DNA of 53,534 bases, the filler included, from Catajapyx aquilonaris (taxonomy: Eukaryota): NCBI GenBank assembly GCA_000934665.2. It is 3 parts of 3 records of this genome, joined end to end, with 100 filler letters (N's around TTAATTAATTAA, not from the genome) between each part and the next. Parts side by side here need not be neighbours in the genome. Positions count along the whole stretch, not along the records: positions 17,893 to 35,663 come from JYFJ02006866.1; positions 35,764 to 53,534 come from JYFJ02006867.1; 1 more part is not named here. One strand, 5' to 3'. The position numbers and the translations under genes are program-made. Each line of letters begins with the position of its first letter. Within the stretch, counting starts at the first letter, position 1. Positions 26,801-45,256 of this stretch are shown here, one piece after another. Below the pieces are notes generated by a model. That model had not been told where the DNA came from, did no database searches, and was given only the letters and a program-made list of their open reading frames with translations.

Positions 26801-28082
26801 ATCGTGAGTCAGAAAAGTTACCAGTTTCTGATACCGTACTGTATTCCCCACTGAATAGATTCGTTTTTTGGATAATAAATTAATTTGCGCTTTTTCACTA
26901 GAGAAATTCAAAGCACCTAGTGATGTGTACGTTTCTCTTAGGGGTTGCATATCCGACCTAATTCTTCTTGTTTTATGCTCAAGTCGTTAGGTTTTTAAAG
27001 TTGTTTTACAGAAACATCAAAATTTTCCGGAAGCCCGGATGTTTAAGCTACAACTTCTGAGACACCTATACTAGTGCTCTATATAGTTTGCCTGCTGGTT
27101 ACGGTCACTTTCTATGCTACCACCATATTTAAAATATATATATTTCTGCAAAACTATAGCACCCATGTCTTCAGAGTGCCAAATAGTGTGGAAATAGAGG
27201 GTAAAACAAAATAAACAGACAGAATATGGCATTTATAATATGATTCCACATAGGAGGCCCTAATATTGAAGAATATTAAAAAGAAAAATCCACGGTGGCA
27301 TCATACGACTTTGCTTGTTAAAAAATAAAACAATAAGACAATGGAATGTGGATTGTTCCGTCTCCAACCGGGACATTATTAGAGTTCAGGGACAGAGTTT
27401 GCGATTTTAATTATGAACCAGATGCAATGTTCTGCCACTTAAAATGTATATATACAGGGGCGTAGTCCTGCAAGGCCCCCCTTTTGCCAGGTATTAAGAG
27501 CCCATATGTTGAAGCTGGAGACTCCGGACCTCCCACGAGCTCCAAATGAAAAGAAGAAAGAGTGTGAAAGACCCCCACTGTGCTTTCTTATGCGTCGGTG
27601 TTGTCGCTGGTACTGATGAAAATGGAGTGTGCCTAGGCCTGAATGGAAGTCGAGAGAGAAAAGGCCAAGGGGCGTCGTAGTTCTCCTTGTTCATAGTGTT
27701 GACCAGGTCAAAGGATGTCGTAGATGAATTATTAGTCGCTCCCGATGAGGGGAATTCCAGAGAAGAATGTGATTCGAGGGGAGTGGGTAAATGAAAACAT
27801 ATATCAGACATGTTTGCCAAATGTTGTTCCATGCTTATTTGCATGGTGTGGATTAGGAATATACATAACTGTTGTAACTGCATTGTCGCGTTCATTGTTG
27901 TAGATGTAATCGTTTATGCAACTCATATGACCGCCAGAGCACTGATGGGTGAAAAGAATGCATATCCTTAATAATTATAATCAGCCGAATGTCAGACAAA
28001 TGTCAGAAGAATAGTAGGCCTAATAAAGCAGGTGATAACTTCAACTTTAATTAACTTATTTATATTATGTTGGGTATACAAC

Positions 28083-28284
28083 GTGTTCGTGAATTCACCT
28101 GCCAAAATGATCCTGGTGGTAGGGGGTGCCTGCGGAAGAAGGATGGCGTGGGTTCGAAATGCCGGCGACGACCTTTGACATCTCCAAGACGGAGCGTCGA
28201 CGACCTTTCGGACCCATATGCCACGATTCTTCCATACGCACCCCCTGCCACCAGTATCATTTTGGCAGATAAATTCACCAACAC
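28083..28284. repeat. decayed hairpin / inverted repeat (MITE relic)
   Basis: Arms of about 90 bp: GTGAATTCACCTGCCAAAATGATCCTGGTGGTAGGGGGTGC... versus ...GCACCCCCTGCCACCAGTATCATTTTGGCAGATAAATTCAC, with a short loop. Confidence 0.8.
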
Positions 28285-28698
28285 CCGATATATCCTATTC
28301 AACCTTATTCTCTCTACAATATAGTAAGCTATATTGTAGGCAGATATGCCTGCTATATGGTTTATGCTGTTGCCTTATTGATATTATTATTTTATACCGT
28401 ATCAGTTCACTGCAGGCCTCGACATATCCCTCAGGTTGTTAATTTATGCCACAACACAAAGTCTTAAGCTTGTTACAAATAAAGCAGGCCGAGAAGAACC
28501 TAGACTGGCAGCTTGAAACTTCCCTGAATTTAAGTTCTGTTTACGAAGAGATTACCCAATATATTACAAAACACAATCATGTTGAGCAATATCGATCCCC
28601 CGTTTACAATATATTGGCAAGGCAAGTTTAGTCTCGCCATGATTTTGGACCGTTGCAAAACTAAATGAAACACCTGGCATACTTTTTGTACAGCTCTA

Positions 28699-29050
28699 CA
28701 GGGTGGTTTATAATGATCCTGCAAAATCCTCCGGTGAGTTTCTGAGTATCAGGATATCATTTTATGTGGAAGTGTCATTTTCAGCCTTATTATAGAGATA
28801 AAAAATGGATTTCAACAACATTAACAACAATAAACTGCAATCAAACTGGGTGTAGTAAACAGCCACCTAAACCAGGGCAGAGTCATAGGCTGTCGCCGAA
28901 CAAAATAACATGGAATTATGTCCTCATTCATCGATGCTAATTATCTCAGTACAGAGCTCCTCGGACCAAACGACACTTCTACATCATGTGATCCTATGAT
29001 GTCCAGGAGTTCATCCTGGAAGTTTGACGGCATCATTATAACACACCCTG
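28699..29050. mobile_element. old Tc1/mariner-type MITE (CAGGGTG termini)
   Basis: TA|CAGGGTGGTTTATAATGAT ... ATCATTATAACACACCCTG|TA. Imperfect complementarity continues inward (GAAGTGTC/GACACTTC). Confidence 0.65.
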
Positions 29051-30429
29051 TATAGCAATACAAATCAAAAGGGCTCTCCTATATGGATCAAAGCTGTGTC
29101 ATTGGTTCAGACACTTCTGATAGAATTATATCCTGTGCCTTATAAGCCGCTGCTCTACCCTGTTATAAGGATGGTCTCAACATATAGCTACTAATATTGA
29201 ATTAGAGCCACCATTAGATGACTTCCTGTTACTCTCCTTTGGTTTGAAGTTCAAACGGAGGTCACCCCCGGTCATTTTTCCCCGTCTTTGAACCCAACTA
29301 ATGACACTTTAATTGGAGCATGAGAGTGTGCCTTACTGCTCCTCGGCGTCTGTTGCGTGGACGAATCCGGCAGGTGCCTTTTTCCCTCCAGCCCACAGGT
29401 GTTCTTTAGTACACAGATGATTTTGCAGCAATGTTTCACCCGGTAATGACCGCTGGCTGGAGCAAATTGCAGGAGGAAGTCACGGCGAGGTCAAAAAGGC
29501 AGAGCGTTGGTAATGAAGTGGTGATAATTAGTTCCCGATCCGGCCGTGTCATGATGCGCGCCTCTTTCATAAATTCAGGCGCCATCTTGACAGAGGGGGT
29601 TGCGGACGTTTAAGACTAATTAGGCTTAATAGACCCCCCACCACCAACCTGAGCATTATTTTTGGGGCCAAATGCGCCCTGAGGCTCCGGCAGCTAGAAG
29701 GTGCTCAACCGGAAATCTAGGGAGATGAGGCTCGGAGACGGTAGGTTATAAATCATGGTTAGAGTGTAATGTATGGTAATAGATATGTTCCACATTGTAG
29801 CAACTTAATTCTGGTCTTGCGGGCTTGAGTTATGGGAATTTAATTGCGCGTACTGATGATCGTGGGTGGGATTTCTAGTTTTATTGCGATGGGATGTGGG
29901 CCGGAATGCCTGTGGCACCGATGCGAATTATTTGGTCAGCATTCTTTATCGAGGAATAAATTAAACCGAGCTTCAACACCATTGCCAGGAGAATGCTAAC
30001 TCATAGCCAGAAGGTATTGATAAGTTTTCAAAACTTTTAATTTGTACAAATAGCCTAGGAAAGCACTGCATTATTCGTTTGTCCACTTGGAATAAAAACA
30101 AGGGCGTCAAACCCGAAATACCTGATACTCGACATTGTGGGTTGCATTCCGTCGGGACATGAAAGAACATTACCAATCCAAAAATTTGATGAATAGTACA
30201 AAAATTGCCACTTTAGTTCAACTTGAGAATGGTAACATGTGCCTTATATCGTTCATATGAAACTTGTTGGATGATTTTGCAATCCATTTGACCCGGGATG
30301 CTTTCACTGCCAGAGGGCGACTCGACGTTTCTCCGCCCCAATGCTATTCATGTGGGCCTAAATTCATTCGATTATCGTCCGTTAAGCATACCTAAATATA
30401 CCCTCAGAGTATGTCAATCAATCACACGG

Positions 30430-31390
30430 ATAAGGAACTTGATAGGATGCAACATGAAGAGTTTGATATGTATTATTACCACTTATCACCCCCGATTGTG
30501 GGTGAATAAGCGCAGGTACTCACAAGTCAGTTATTTATCTCGAAGAAGCCGTTATACAAGTAATTTAGATGTTTAGAGACGTGTAGTGTTGGTATGGATC
30601 CTCCTCTTATTTCTTGATCTTAAAAGGGGTCATAATGCCGATATGATCAAAATAATATGTTAATACGAGTAGTAACTGATTATACAGCCACAAAAATTTT
30701 GCAGCATTATTAAGAAATATGGCGGCATCCATGTGACTTATTCCGTTCTCATGGAAAATAGTACGAGGGATTTAATAAAATTTTATATTTCTGACATGTC
30801 GAAATTGTAAACAAACTATTTAGAAAATCTTGCCACCATCAGAAATGTTTTGCAATGCCCGTCATGTAAGGCCACTTCCAACTGCACAGATCATTGCCAG
30901 GAATAAATCTTGAAACATTCCTCCACCCTCTCCTCCAGTCCCGACCTTGAAGCCAGTGACCGCCATATCTTTGGGCTAAAAAGTGTTATGACTGAGTGTT
31001 AAGTTATTTTCAACAGAGACAGCACCATCAGGAGTGGGTTGCCCAGCTGCTTTATGTGTAGGAAAACTCCTCCCACGAGGGAGCACTGCAAAACTTGTCT
31101 GAAGATAGCAGAAATTCAACACTGTTCCATATATTGCCTTTAAAATTATATGATAATATTTGACTTCTGTTGTCCCTGCTTGATCATTTCTATTGAAAGA
31201 ATTGTTCAAATCCTTTATTTACCTTTTTGTTCATTAATTATTTACTTAAGTGTTATAGCAGTACTTGTTCCCTGTAGTTCCTTTCTGTTCTTCATAATAG
31301 TGTTAGATTTTTAAATACTGCGTTTTCTTACGTTAATGACGGTGAATATGCGCCATCATGCTTCTTCCTCTCACCCACCAGCGTTTGCCC
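30430..31390 (-). pseudogene. possible highly decayed PIF/Harbinger transposase relic
   Basis: Collinear degenerate motifs across frames: KRWWVR (~31369-31386), WKWPYMTGIAKH (cf. WNFPxCxGAIDGKH, ~30845-30880), DAAIFLN (cf. DGGIFxNS, ~30715-30729), DPY (~30595), SCCIL-(shift)-FL (cf. ACCxLHNFL, ~30432-30455). Confidence 0.35.
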
Positions 31391-32836
31391 ATATCTATTT
31401 CTTTTGCTACCTGCGCCACTATAAATAAAAACGCTGTATAATGACCATAAACAAATGCTCTCCATGCCATGGGCAGAAGGCGCATTCCTTCGAATGTACA
31501 TAAATTCTGAGTCCCTGATCGATTCATCACCAGTAAATAACAGAAAAATAATTTCCAAACTAGAGCCGGTGACGTCGGCTGTCCAATTTCTCCCGCCGTA
31601 ATAAAGTCTAGCTGAAGAGGGTGGGGCGGAAGGGTTTGTGTGGACTCCAAATTGATCGGAGCCGCACCCATTCGCAATGTCACATTCGGGCCGTCAAAGC
31701 GTGACGTATTAGCGACACTGATTGTAAATCACGCTCAGTTATTTCCCCTGGATTTTTGAGCTGAACCTTCACTTTTTTGCACACCCTGACTCCTCCGTGA
31801 CAAATCGCGCGCCACGGGTCGTCAATTACTAAATGCCGCATTTGCCAGAGGGGCAATGAAAAAGGCTATAAAAAATAGAAAGGCGAGTCCCGACTATACG
31901 AGGTGGGGTCCTAATTACCGAGGTGTAGCGTTGTCTTCTTAATGATGGGTTAATCTATCCAGACTGTAGCCAGGATGGAGATAAGTTGTGGGCGATGCCC
32001 CTGTTCGCAATTTTTCTAATGGTCTTTGCGAATTTGTCAGACCCAGGACCGGTCATTCAGGGTGAACGAGGAACTCGATTCTCCAAGATTTGCATTGTCA
32101 TGGAGAGTTGGGATTTATTTGAATAGCCCGGCTCGCCTCGCGTGCGGTATTTCTCCGGCCCCTTTTTGCTACCTGTACTTTTATCCTGGTTGTGAATAAT
32201 TGAGGCGGCTATTCAAAACTTAGATACAATAAAAAAGTGACCTAGATAAACTGTGGACAACCAAAATAAGGGCGTTGTTCAAATAGATCGGACTGCAATT
32301 GGATCAATAGTGAACTACGATTGTTTGTATAGTATACTGGCCTGTAAGTTCAGTGTTAAAAATAACATTGGTCCTGGGATTCGTTATTACATTGAATTTG
32401 TTGCCTTATGTTTACTTTAGGTCTCCAGGCACTTGAACGAGGAGCAGTATCGATAACTTTATTACGACCCGTTTTTCTGATACCCCGAAAGTTACTGATT
32501 CTGTCGAGCGATATAAACACCATTGAGGTGTCAAATAATTTCCGCGGGTGATCAAGTTGATCATTAAAATATGTAAATATCCAGCTGAAATGGGTGCGAG
32601 TTTATGTTGCCTGCAGTTGTACCATTGCATATCTGCAAATATTTATTACATTGAGCATAATATTGACACTATTAAAAATCAAGGCTGCTACTGTATTTAC
32701 CAAAGTGTATGTTTGTGATTTTAGGACCAACTACAGATAGAGCTTGTCAACTTTCTAACCATGTCACATATCGATCGATGCAACGCCAGGGACAACATGA
32801 GACATGAAAAGGCCGTACACTTCATTATTGACAACG

Positions 32837-32943
32837 AATCACTATTTGAGTCAGGGAATTGAGCCAAAAATCAATTCTCACATCCAAATCACTATTTGAG
32901 TCAGGAAACTGAGCCAAAAATCAATTCTCACATCCAAATCACT
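32837..32943. repeat. 50-bp tandem duplication
   Basis: AATCACTATTTGAGTCAGG(G/A)AA(T/C)TGAGCCAAAAATCAATTCTCACATCCA occurs twice, with 2 mismatches. Confidence 0.92.
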
Positions 32944-35663
32944 TCCATCACTGAACACGTAAAAAAATCCCCCTGACATCCTGAAACGCCAGCATGTGTA
33001 CTCTAGCCCACGTATACAACACCACGAGCCCAATTAGGCAAATACTGAGTCCCGCCTTAATTATAACTCACCCCTACCGTATGACGGACAGGACCAAGGC
33101 TTCACAAGCAAAGGGACATTATTAATTCTCTTCCCGTATCATCTTTAGCGAATTAGCATTCGGCACCTGTAAGGGCTCCGGGAAGCGTGGCTTTTGACTT
33201 CCATACCTGGCAGGAATCCGAATGAGCCCTGGTCATATAGGATTGGATGGGGGGCGGGGGAGACAAAAATGCTGGCTATTTTTGTGTGGCAGTTGTGCAG
33301 GGGGCGCCGATTAAGATTGCATCATAATTCGGCATGATTGTTCCCCATTATGTCCTAGTGGACCGGAATGGAAGTTGCGCCGGAAGAATAATTATGAAGC
33401 AGCATCTGCAGAGCCCCTTTATGGTGATAGCTGCTGGTTAGGGGGAAGAAGGACATTGGACATACATATGAAATCCACTAACAAGTAAGTACAAAAAGCC
33501 AATGATTTGACATTTCATAATTTTGTTTACATGCTGGTGAAGACAGGAATTCTTTGCTTCCTATGGCTCATTATGAATCTTCAGGCCAAAATGGACTTGA
33601 GATAAAGCAGAAATTTAAAAACTTAAAATGGGAAAAATTGGACTCCGTGGATTTTCCTGTACTTCCACGATTCTGTGTCTATTAGTAGTATATTTTCTGT
33701 GAGTTTCCTAGGGGGTTGGTCGTGCCAGTTGTGGCGTGAAGCGTCCATTTTTTGGGGGTGCAGAGCGGAAGGATTACTCGAAATTGGTCTCATTGCGGGG
33801 GTTATGGGATTACTTAGTATGGTGGGATGAAAGTGCGGGGATGGTTCTCATCTACGCTCTTTAATTGGTTCAAATTTGTGATGACTTTGATATAATTTGG
33901 ACTAACGAGAACCTATTTCGGTTGTGATGTCGTGCGAGGATTCCCTCCCTCGAAATTTATAATGTAATCGTGGGTGAGGTTTTAATAATTAAATGCAAAT
34001 CCCGTTTATGTCCGCGAATAAGGCGGGACTCAGACCTCCCCTGATATTTGAAAAATAGATTAGACCTCCCAAAAAAATGGTTGTGATTCCTGATCATTTT
34101 GGTGCAAGATTTTTACTGCTGATTGCAAGCCACAATGGTAAGCCAGGTTCTTACCCTCCACTGTACAGTACACCGTTACTTCCGTCTTAAAATTCTGCGG
34201 CGCTCCACAAAGCTCATCCCTGCCACGATTTGTACTGTTTTCATCTCTCACGAGTTTTAGGATTTCCTGTATTTGGCACTAGGCCTACTGCACTGCGGCC
34301 TGACTCACTGCAGGGATAAAACCTCCTGAAAATGTAGCCCCTGAGAGAGACCAGGTACTGGAAGCCAATACTGGTGGTACATTCCAGTAAGACTCCCATG
34401 AAATCTGAGCCTGACTACCGCAGTGGTCAACAGCCCCCCTTTTCTTTCCACCAAAAAAAGAGTGGGTTGCCCCTAAGTGTTCCCAACAGAGCTCTTTTGG
34501 CCCATACTGATCGCTACTCGGTCTGAAAGAGATATTTCACCCCCCCCTTTCATTAGTCAACTTGGCGCCTCAGCCCGTAGGCTGCTTTACGTCAGTAGTT
34601 TTTTGTCCACTATAAATTTGAACTAGTACAATAATAAGGTGGTGGAGGCCAAAATATTCATTGCTGGGAGTGTCTGTTTAGTGGGCCGTAAAGCGCATGG
34701 CGGAAGATTAGCTGTTCCGGCACTAGTACGCCAATCTTGGCTGAGGTTCCCTGGAGACTTGAGCGTAATGTGAGTTGGGGGTGTAGTAGGGTAGAAAGTT
34801 TTTTGGCGGGTTGGCATGGGGGGGATAGTAACAGGGGTAGATTACGTCTGCTGTCAGGGCGCCGCCATTCCACTCACGTCCAAATCGATGGGGCTGCTCC
34901 TAAACCGAGCTTTTTCCTTGCGGGACTATCGTAGTTTCCAGACCCACATTTTTTGGGGGATGGGGGAAAGTGGGGGGGTTATGATTCTAACGTTGGGGGG
35001 GTCGTGAGTTTGTTTCAATCACGATAGTATTCATCGGAGTGTGTAGTTGCTGGGGGAGGGATCACAGGGTGTCAGGCGCAGAATGGACGCGGTCGTGTAG
35101 TTTGGGATTGGAAAGCTTGATAGGCCTATTAGTTTTAGAACCGAGAGTGGTTTGAATCGATGTGCTTGTCAAATTGTCAGGTGGGATGTGTGACATATGT
35201 GGAGTTCAGACACATGGAGCCAGACAGCACTTTAGGAGCTCAGAGTGTGTTTTCGCAACTGACTATACATTATCGATATTTGATCGTTCGATAATTCCAG
35301 AGATGGCCATTTTTATGTGTCTAGGAAACAGTGGGTTGTAGATAATCTGGAACACTTCTTCCCTTTTATGCCGGCAAGAGATGTAGCATTTCTGGTCATT
35401 ACATACCAATGCGAATTTATGATTGGTGTTTTGGGGGAGGACACGGCTCTGCGAAGGCAACGACAGTGCTTGCCCCCTTGTCTTTTATAGCCGCCGTTTT
35501 GCGCCATAACTCGTGTCGTTAGCGATTCTAACCATGGATACAATAACAAGAGTGTTTTCCTTGCAAGTGCCCTAGTCTGAGCCGGAATAGTCGCCGTTTC
35601 CAGGTTTCATGCTTAAACTTTTTTTTTTTTTGGTGGTGGTGGTGGTGGTGGTGAGGGCAAGTG

Positions 35664-35763
35664 NNNNNNNNNNNNNNNNNNNNNNNNNNNNNNNNNNNNN
35701 NNNNNNNTTAATTAATTAANNNNNNNNNNNNNNNNNNNNNNNNNNNNNNNNNNNNNNNNNNNN
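35664..35763. other. artificial contig spacer
   Basis: 44 N + TTAATTAATTAA + 44 N. Confidence 0.97.
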
Positions 35764-35920
35764 GACTAGTGAGCGTTTAAATGACGTTAACTCCCTTTCG
35801 AAATTTTTTTCGTCGCTCATAATTTTTTTTCAGGTGTGAAAGAGTATATTTCAGGAATATAGGTGTGGGAATTTTCATTTTGACAAAAACCTGCTTCAAG
35901 GTGGTGACATAAGTATACCC

Positions 35921-35957
35921 TGGGGTCCAAAAAGGACCCCACGATACCAATTAAGGG
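35921..35957. mobile_element. right end of a piggyBac-like MITE
   Basis: TGGGGTCCAAAAAGGACCCCACG...AGGG|TTAA resembles the right end of the 12003-12284 element. Confidence 0.45.
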
Positions 35958-36144
35958 TTAAATACGGCATAGAGGCTACTGCATGAGGAAAGCTGCAATG
36001 CTTTATTACTAGGGTACAGTATTATTCAGACTAGTAGGGCTATGCGCATGTAGGAGACACAGTATTTTACTAGGGTACTCCAGAAGTAACAGACGTTGTT
36101 GGAGTGGAATTTATGTATTGTATCAAGGGCTTCTAGGAGTCTTA

Positions 36145-36423
36145 TCACTGACAAACTGATAAACACAGTGGAACTAACAGAGTCCCCAACTGAGATGCCG
36201 GGAAGGGAAGACCTAACCCCATGACGTATGCCCGGAAAGGGGCAGGAAAAGGAAGGGATTGCGGCTTGTTTTTAAAGGAAATCATCCGAAAAATAATATA
36301 TAGTGCAGGTGATTGTAGGAAGCACACAAAAACAACACCCAATTCAGAATGATTGACACCGGGGATCGAATCCGGGACCTCTTGAATGATATCTCTATCA
36401 GCTAGACTAGACTACACAGGTCC
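36145..36423 (-). mobile_element. degenerate tRNA-derived SINE
   Basis: Minus strand GGTCCCGGATTCGATCCCCGG is B-box-like, with an A-box-like TAGTCTAG upstream. No cloverleaf; 3' boundary approximate. Confidence 0.4.
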
Positions 36424-36533
36424 TTAATGGCATTCCATCACCACTCATCTGTATCCAACGTCGAATGATCTGCAACATTGGAGTTCTGATACATAATAAA
36501 TTATGGTACATCTGCATCATGATCTGTATCAAT

Positions 36534-37022
36534 CTATTGTTTCACTTCAGGGATGTTAATATTGGGGTTGTAGGCAATCTCCCCACTCTTAACGCTTGCA
36601 ATAATTGTACAAAAGAGCTCTCTGCTGAACCTGTAAATGAAGTTAATTTTCCATAACATACCTTTTCAATCAGATTCCGATTCTCTGTTAATTCATTTAC
36701 CTGCAGTACACGCCGCCAGGATCAATCCAGAGGGTGAATTCAACAGCCTAAGATCCTCATAGGAAATTCCACACTGATTAGCTACCATTTGAATCATGGA
36801 GTTCACCGGACAGTGCTTGTTGGTGTGATTACACCTGTATGCCTGCCCTTTGTGAGGGACCTCGGGATACCAGTGACCAGTGTACTTCTCCAGAAGATTC
36901 TCCTCCATGAGATGTTTGAACTTTGCTCCTACATCTTTGCCTTCTTCCTCACCACTAAAACCGCCATTCTTGACGATCATGCGGTACAAAAATTCCTCCC
37001 CTGCTGTTATCTCTGCCCTCAT
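36534..37022 (-). pseudogene. BTG/Tob family (BTG3/BTG4-like) unprocessed pseudogene
   Basis: Exon 37022-36701 has box A (KYTGHWYPEVPHKGQAYRC), a frameshift after EDLR, then box B (VEFTLWIDPGGVYCR) in another frame. GT-AG intron 36700-36631. Exon 36630-36534 reads FSRELFCTIIASVK...* . Confidence 0.82.
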
Positions 37023-37851
37023 AGTCGTATCTTAAGGTGGGTCAAGGAGCTATACGGACGTTGAGGTAGGTTATCCTCCTCTTAGTAGAAAATTAAACAT
37101 ACTCCATGTAAAGTAATTTACCTTTGTCTATATATTTCAATGAATTGTGGAGTTTTTGTGCCAACTAAAATGGTAACCTTCAGAAAATGCATGCAATAAA
37201 TGCAATGAAGTAATATTACAACAGGTGCCAAAATATTTAGTAGAGTCATTCCGTACGTGTCAAATCAACACAATTTTCGGAATGACCACCTCGGATTTTG
37301 ATGATTTTTGGCATACTTGCAGGTTTTATGGACATGTGAAAAAGTGTCAATTGAGTCATTCCATGTGAAATGGGTCAGGGTGGTTGCTCGACCATCTAAT
37401 TAATTTTTTATAATTTCACCATAGGTAGACTTGATATTGACTTGCCCAAAACTATTTTTGTTAAATTTTTATTTGCCACCATGTTGGATTTATACTAATT
37501 TTTCTTCACCACGGCGAGCAAAAACGAGCATTTGCAAGGGTTCTGAAAAAAGGCTACTGTTTGGTGTCTATTCAAGATAGGATGTTCTGGTTTGCACTGC
37601 CTGAAAGTAGAGGTCTTGACCTTTCAGAATATGTACTGTACATGGGAATAGCCGCTACATTCAGGTATCTACGTTGACTTATACGGCGAAACTGCAGGTT
37701 TTTCTCGTTTTTCTCCGTTACGTTTATGACGGAGCTGTCGGTTTTTGCTTTTAACCCCCTCAAATATTGAGTGTTAAACTCATTAGGGAGAGAAAGAGAG
37801 GGATTGATAGAGAGATATTGAGTTACACTCCTTTATTTTTCCCATGAATGT

Positions 37852-44107
<6,256 letters not shown>

Positions 44108-45183
44108 GACTGCTCTGTTTCCTAAGAGGGTTCTCGTTGAATATACAGTCCTGTTGTGCCACGGTTCAAGTCTATTCTTCCTATCTTGGCAGCCTTCCAC
44201 TCCATTATATGTCCAGCCCACGCATACGTCACTTATCAGGATTGCAGGCAACTGGTTGGTTAGCTTGTCTGCTCATCTCATTTATTTATAACAGGATCCC
44301 CAATAACCCTCCTTGTTAAGCCCAAGTTTATGCACACGTTCAATTTCCACAGTTGTAGTGTATTTTAACCTCTGGTATTTATTAATTCCCCCCCCCCCCG
44401 GGTCATTTAACAACATCATCAAAAGTATTATCAGTTAATATTAGGCTGAACTGAATCGTCTATCCACGATTGCAACGAATAATTATGCAATTGTGAATGT
44501 CAGTTGGGAATTGGGAATGTCAATGATAGAGCTGACTTTTAAAGTCAACCTCCTTTTTTGGCTTTCGTGGGGCCACACAACTTAATATTAGAAGCTAATA
44601 GTTTTGCTAGCCACTAAAAGTTACTATGCAAAGGAAATGCTTGAAATAAGCAGAATCTTATTATTAGTGCCAAAAAATCACTATCCATAAAGGACAATTG
44701 AATTGGGTCACTATGCATAGTCTTTGGCATGTATGTGGAAGTAAGTTTTCTGCTAGATCAATAGTCGTCTACAGAAATGTGTCTTAAATACAGTAATTCC
44801 TCCGTAAGGGCTAATATGCTATCTTCAAATTTTAAACCCTCGCATCTCAAACTCAATACAGCGTGACCCTCTGCATTTCATGTCTTAATTTGCATTGTCC
44901 GATTGAGATTTTTTAGTGAATGTGATACACAAATAAAAGAACAATCTCTGCAGTAATAAATTTTTTGCATCATGGGGTGAATGGGGACAAATGTTTCCAA
45001 TGTCAGATACGAGTATATACGGTACTTCATATTATACTATCGCTATCTGTTAATAATACAGATTCATTACGCTTATACCCACATTCATAGCAAACGAAGA
45101 CCTGAAAATAAATGCAGGCGAACGGTGAGATTTGCTTTTGACTGGTTTAGAAGTTTGAAAACCTGAGATGTTTCATGATTGTG

Positions 45184-45256
45184 GTAGTAAAATTGCAATA
45201 TAATTTTCTTGTAGTAAAATTGCAATATAATTTTTTTTCTTGTAATAAAATTGTAA
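45184..45256. repeat. ~27-bp minisatellite
   Basis: GTAGTAAAATTGCAATATAATTTTCTT repeated about 2.5 times. Confidence 0.75.

Noticed and set aside
27494..27895. 133-aa ORF, the longest in contig 2
   Set aside because: Low complexity, no recognisable domain or splice context.
32837..32943. CRISPR-like direct repeats (also 45876-45982)
   Set aside because: Head-to-tail duplications with no spacers, only two units, no cas genes, and a eukaryotic context.
33201..33216. TACCTGGCAGG resembling the U1 snRNA 5' end
   Set aside because: Match is only about 11 nt and lacks ATACTTAC and the rest of U1.
36355..36423. Second tRNA-like sequence
   Set aside because: Degenerate B box and no cloverleaf; treated as a SINE remnant.
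37243..37420. Two GAGTCATTCC-starting segments resembling nested transposon ends
   Set aside because: No matching opposite ends or TSDs found in the window, so boundaries cannot be supported.
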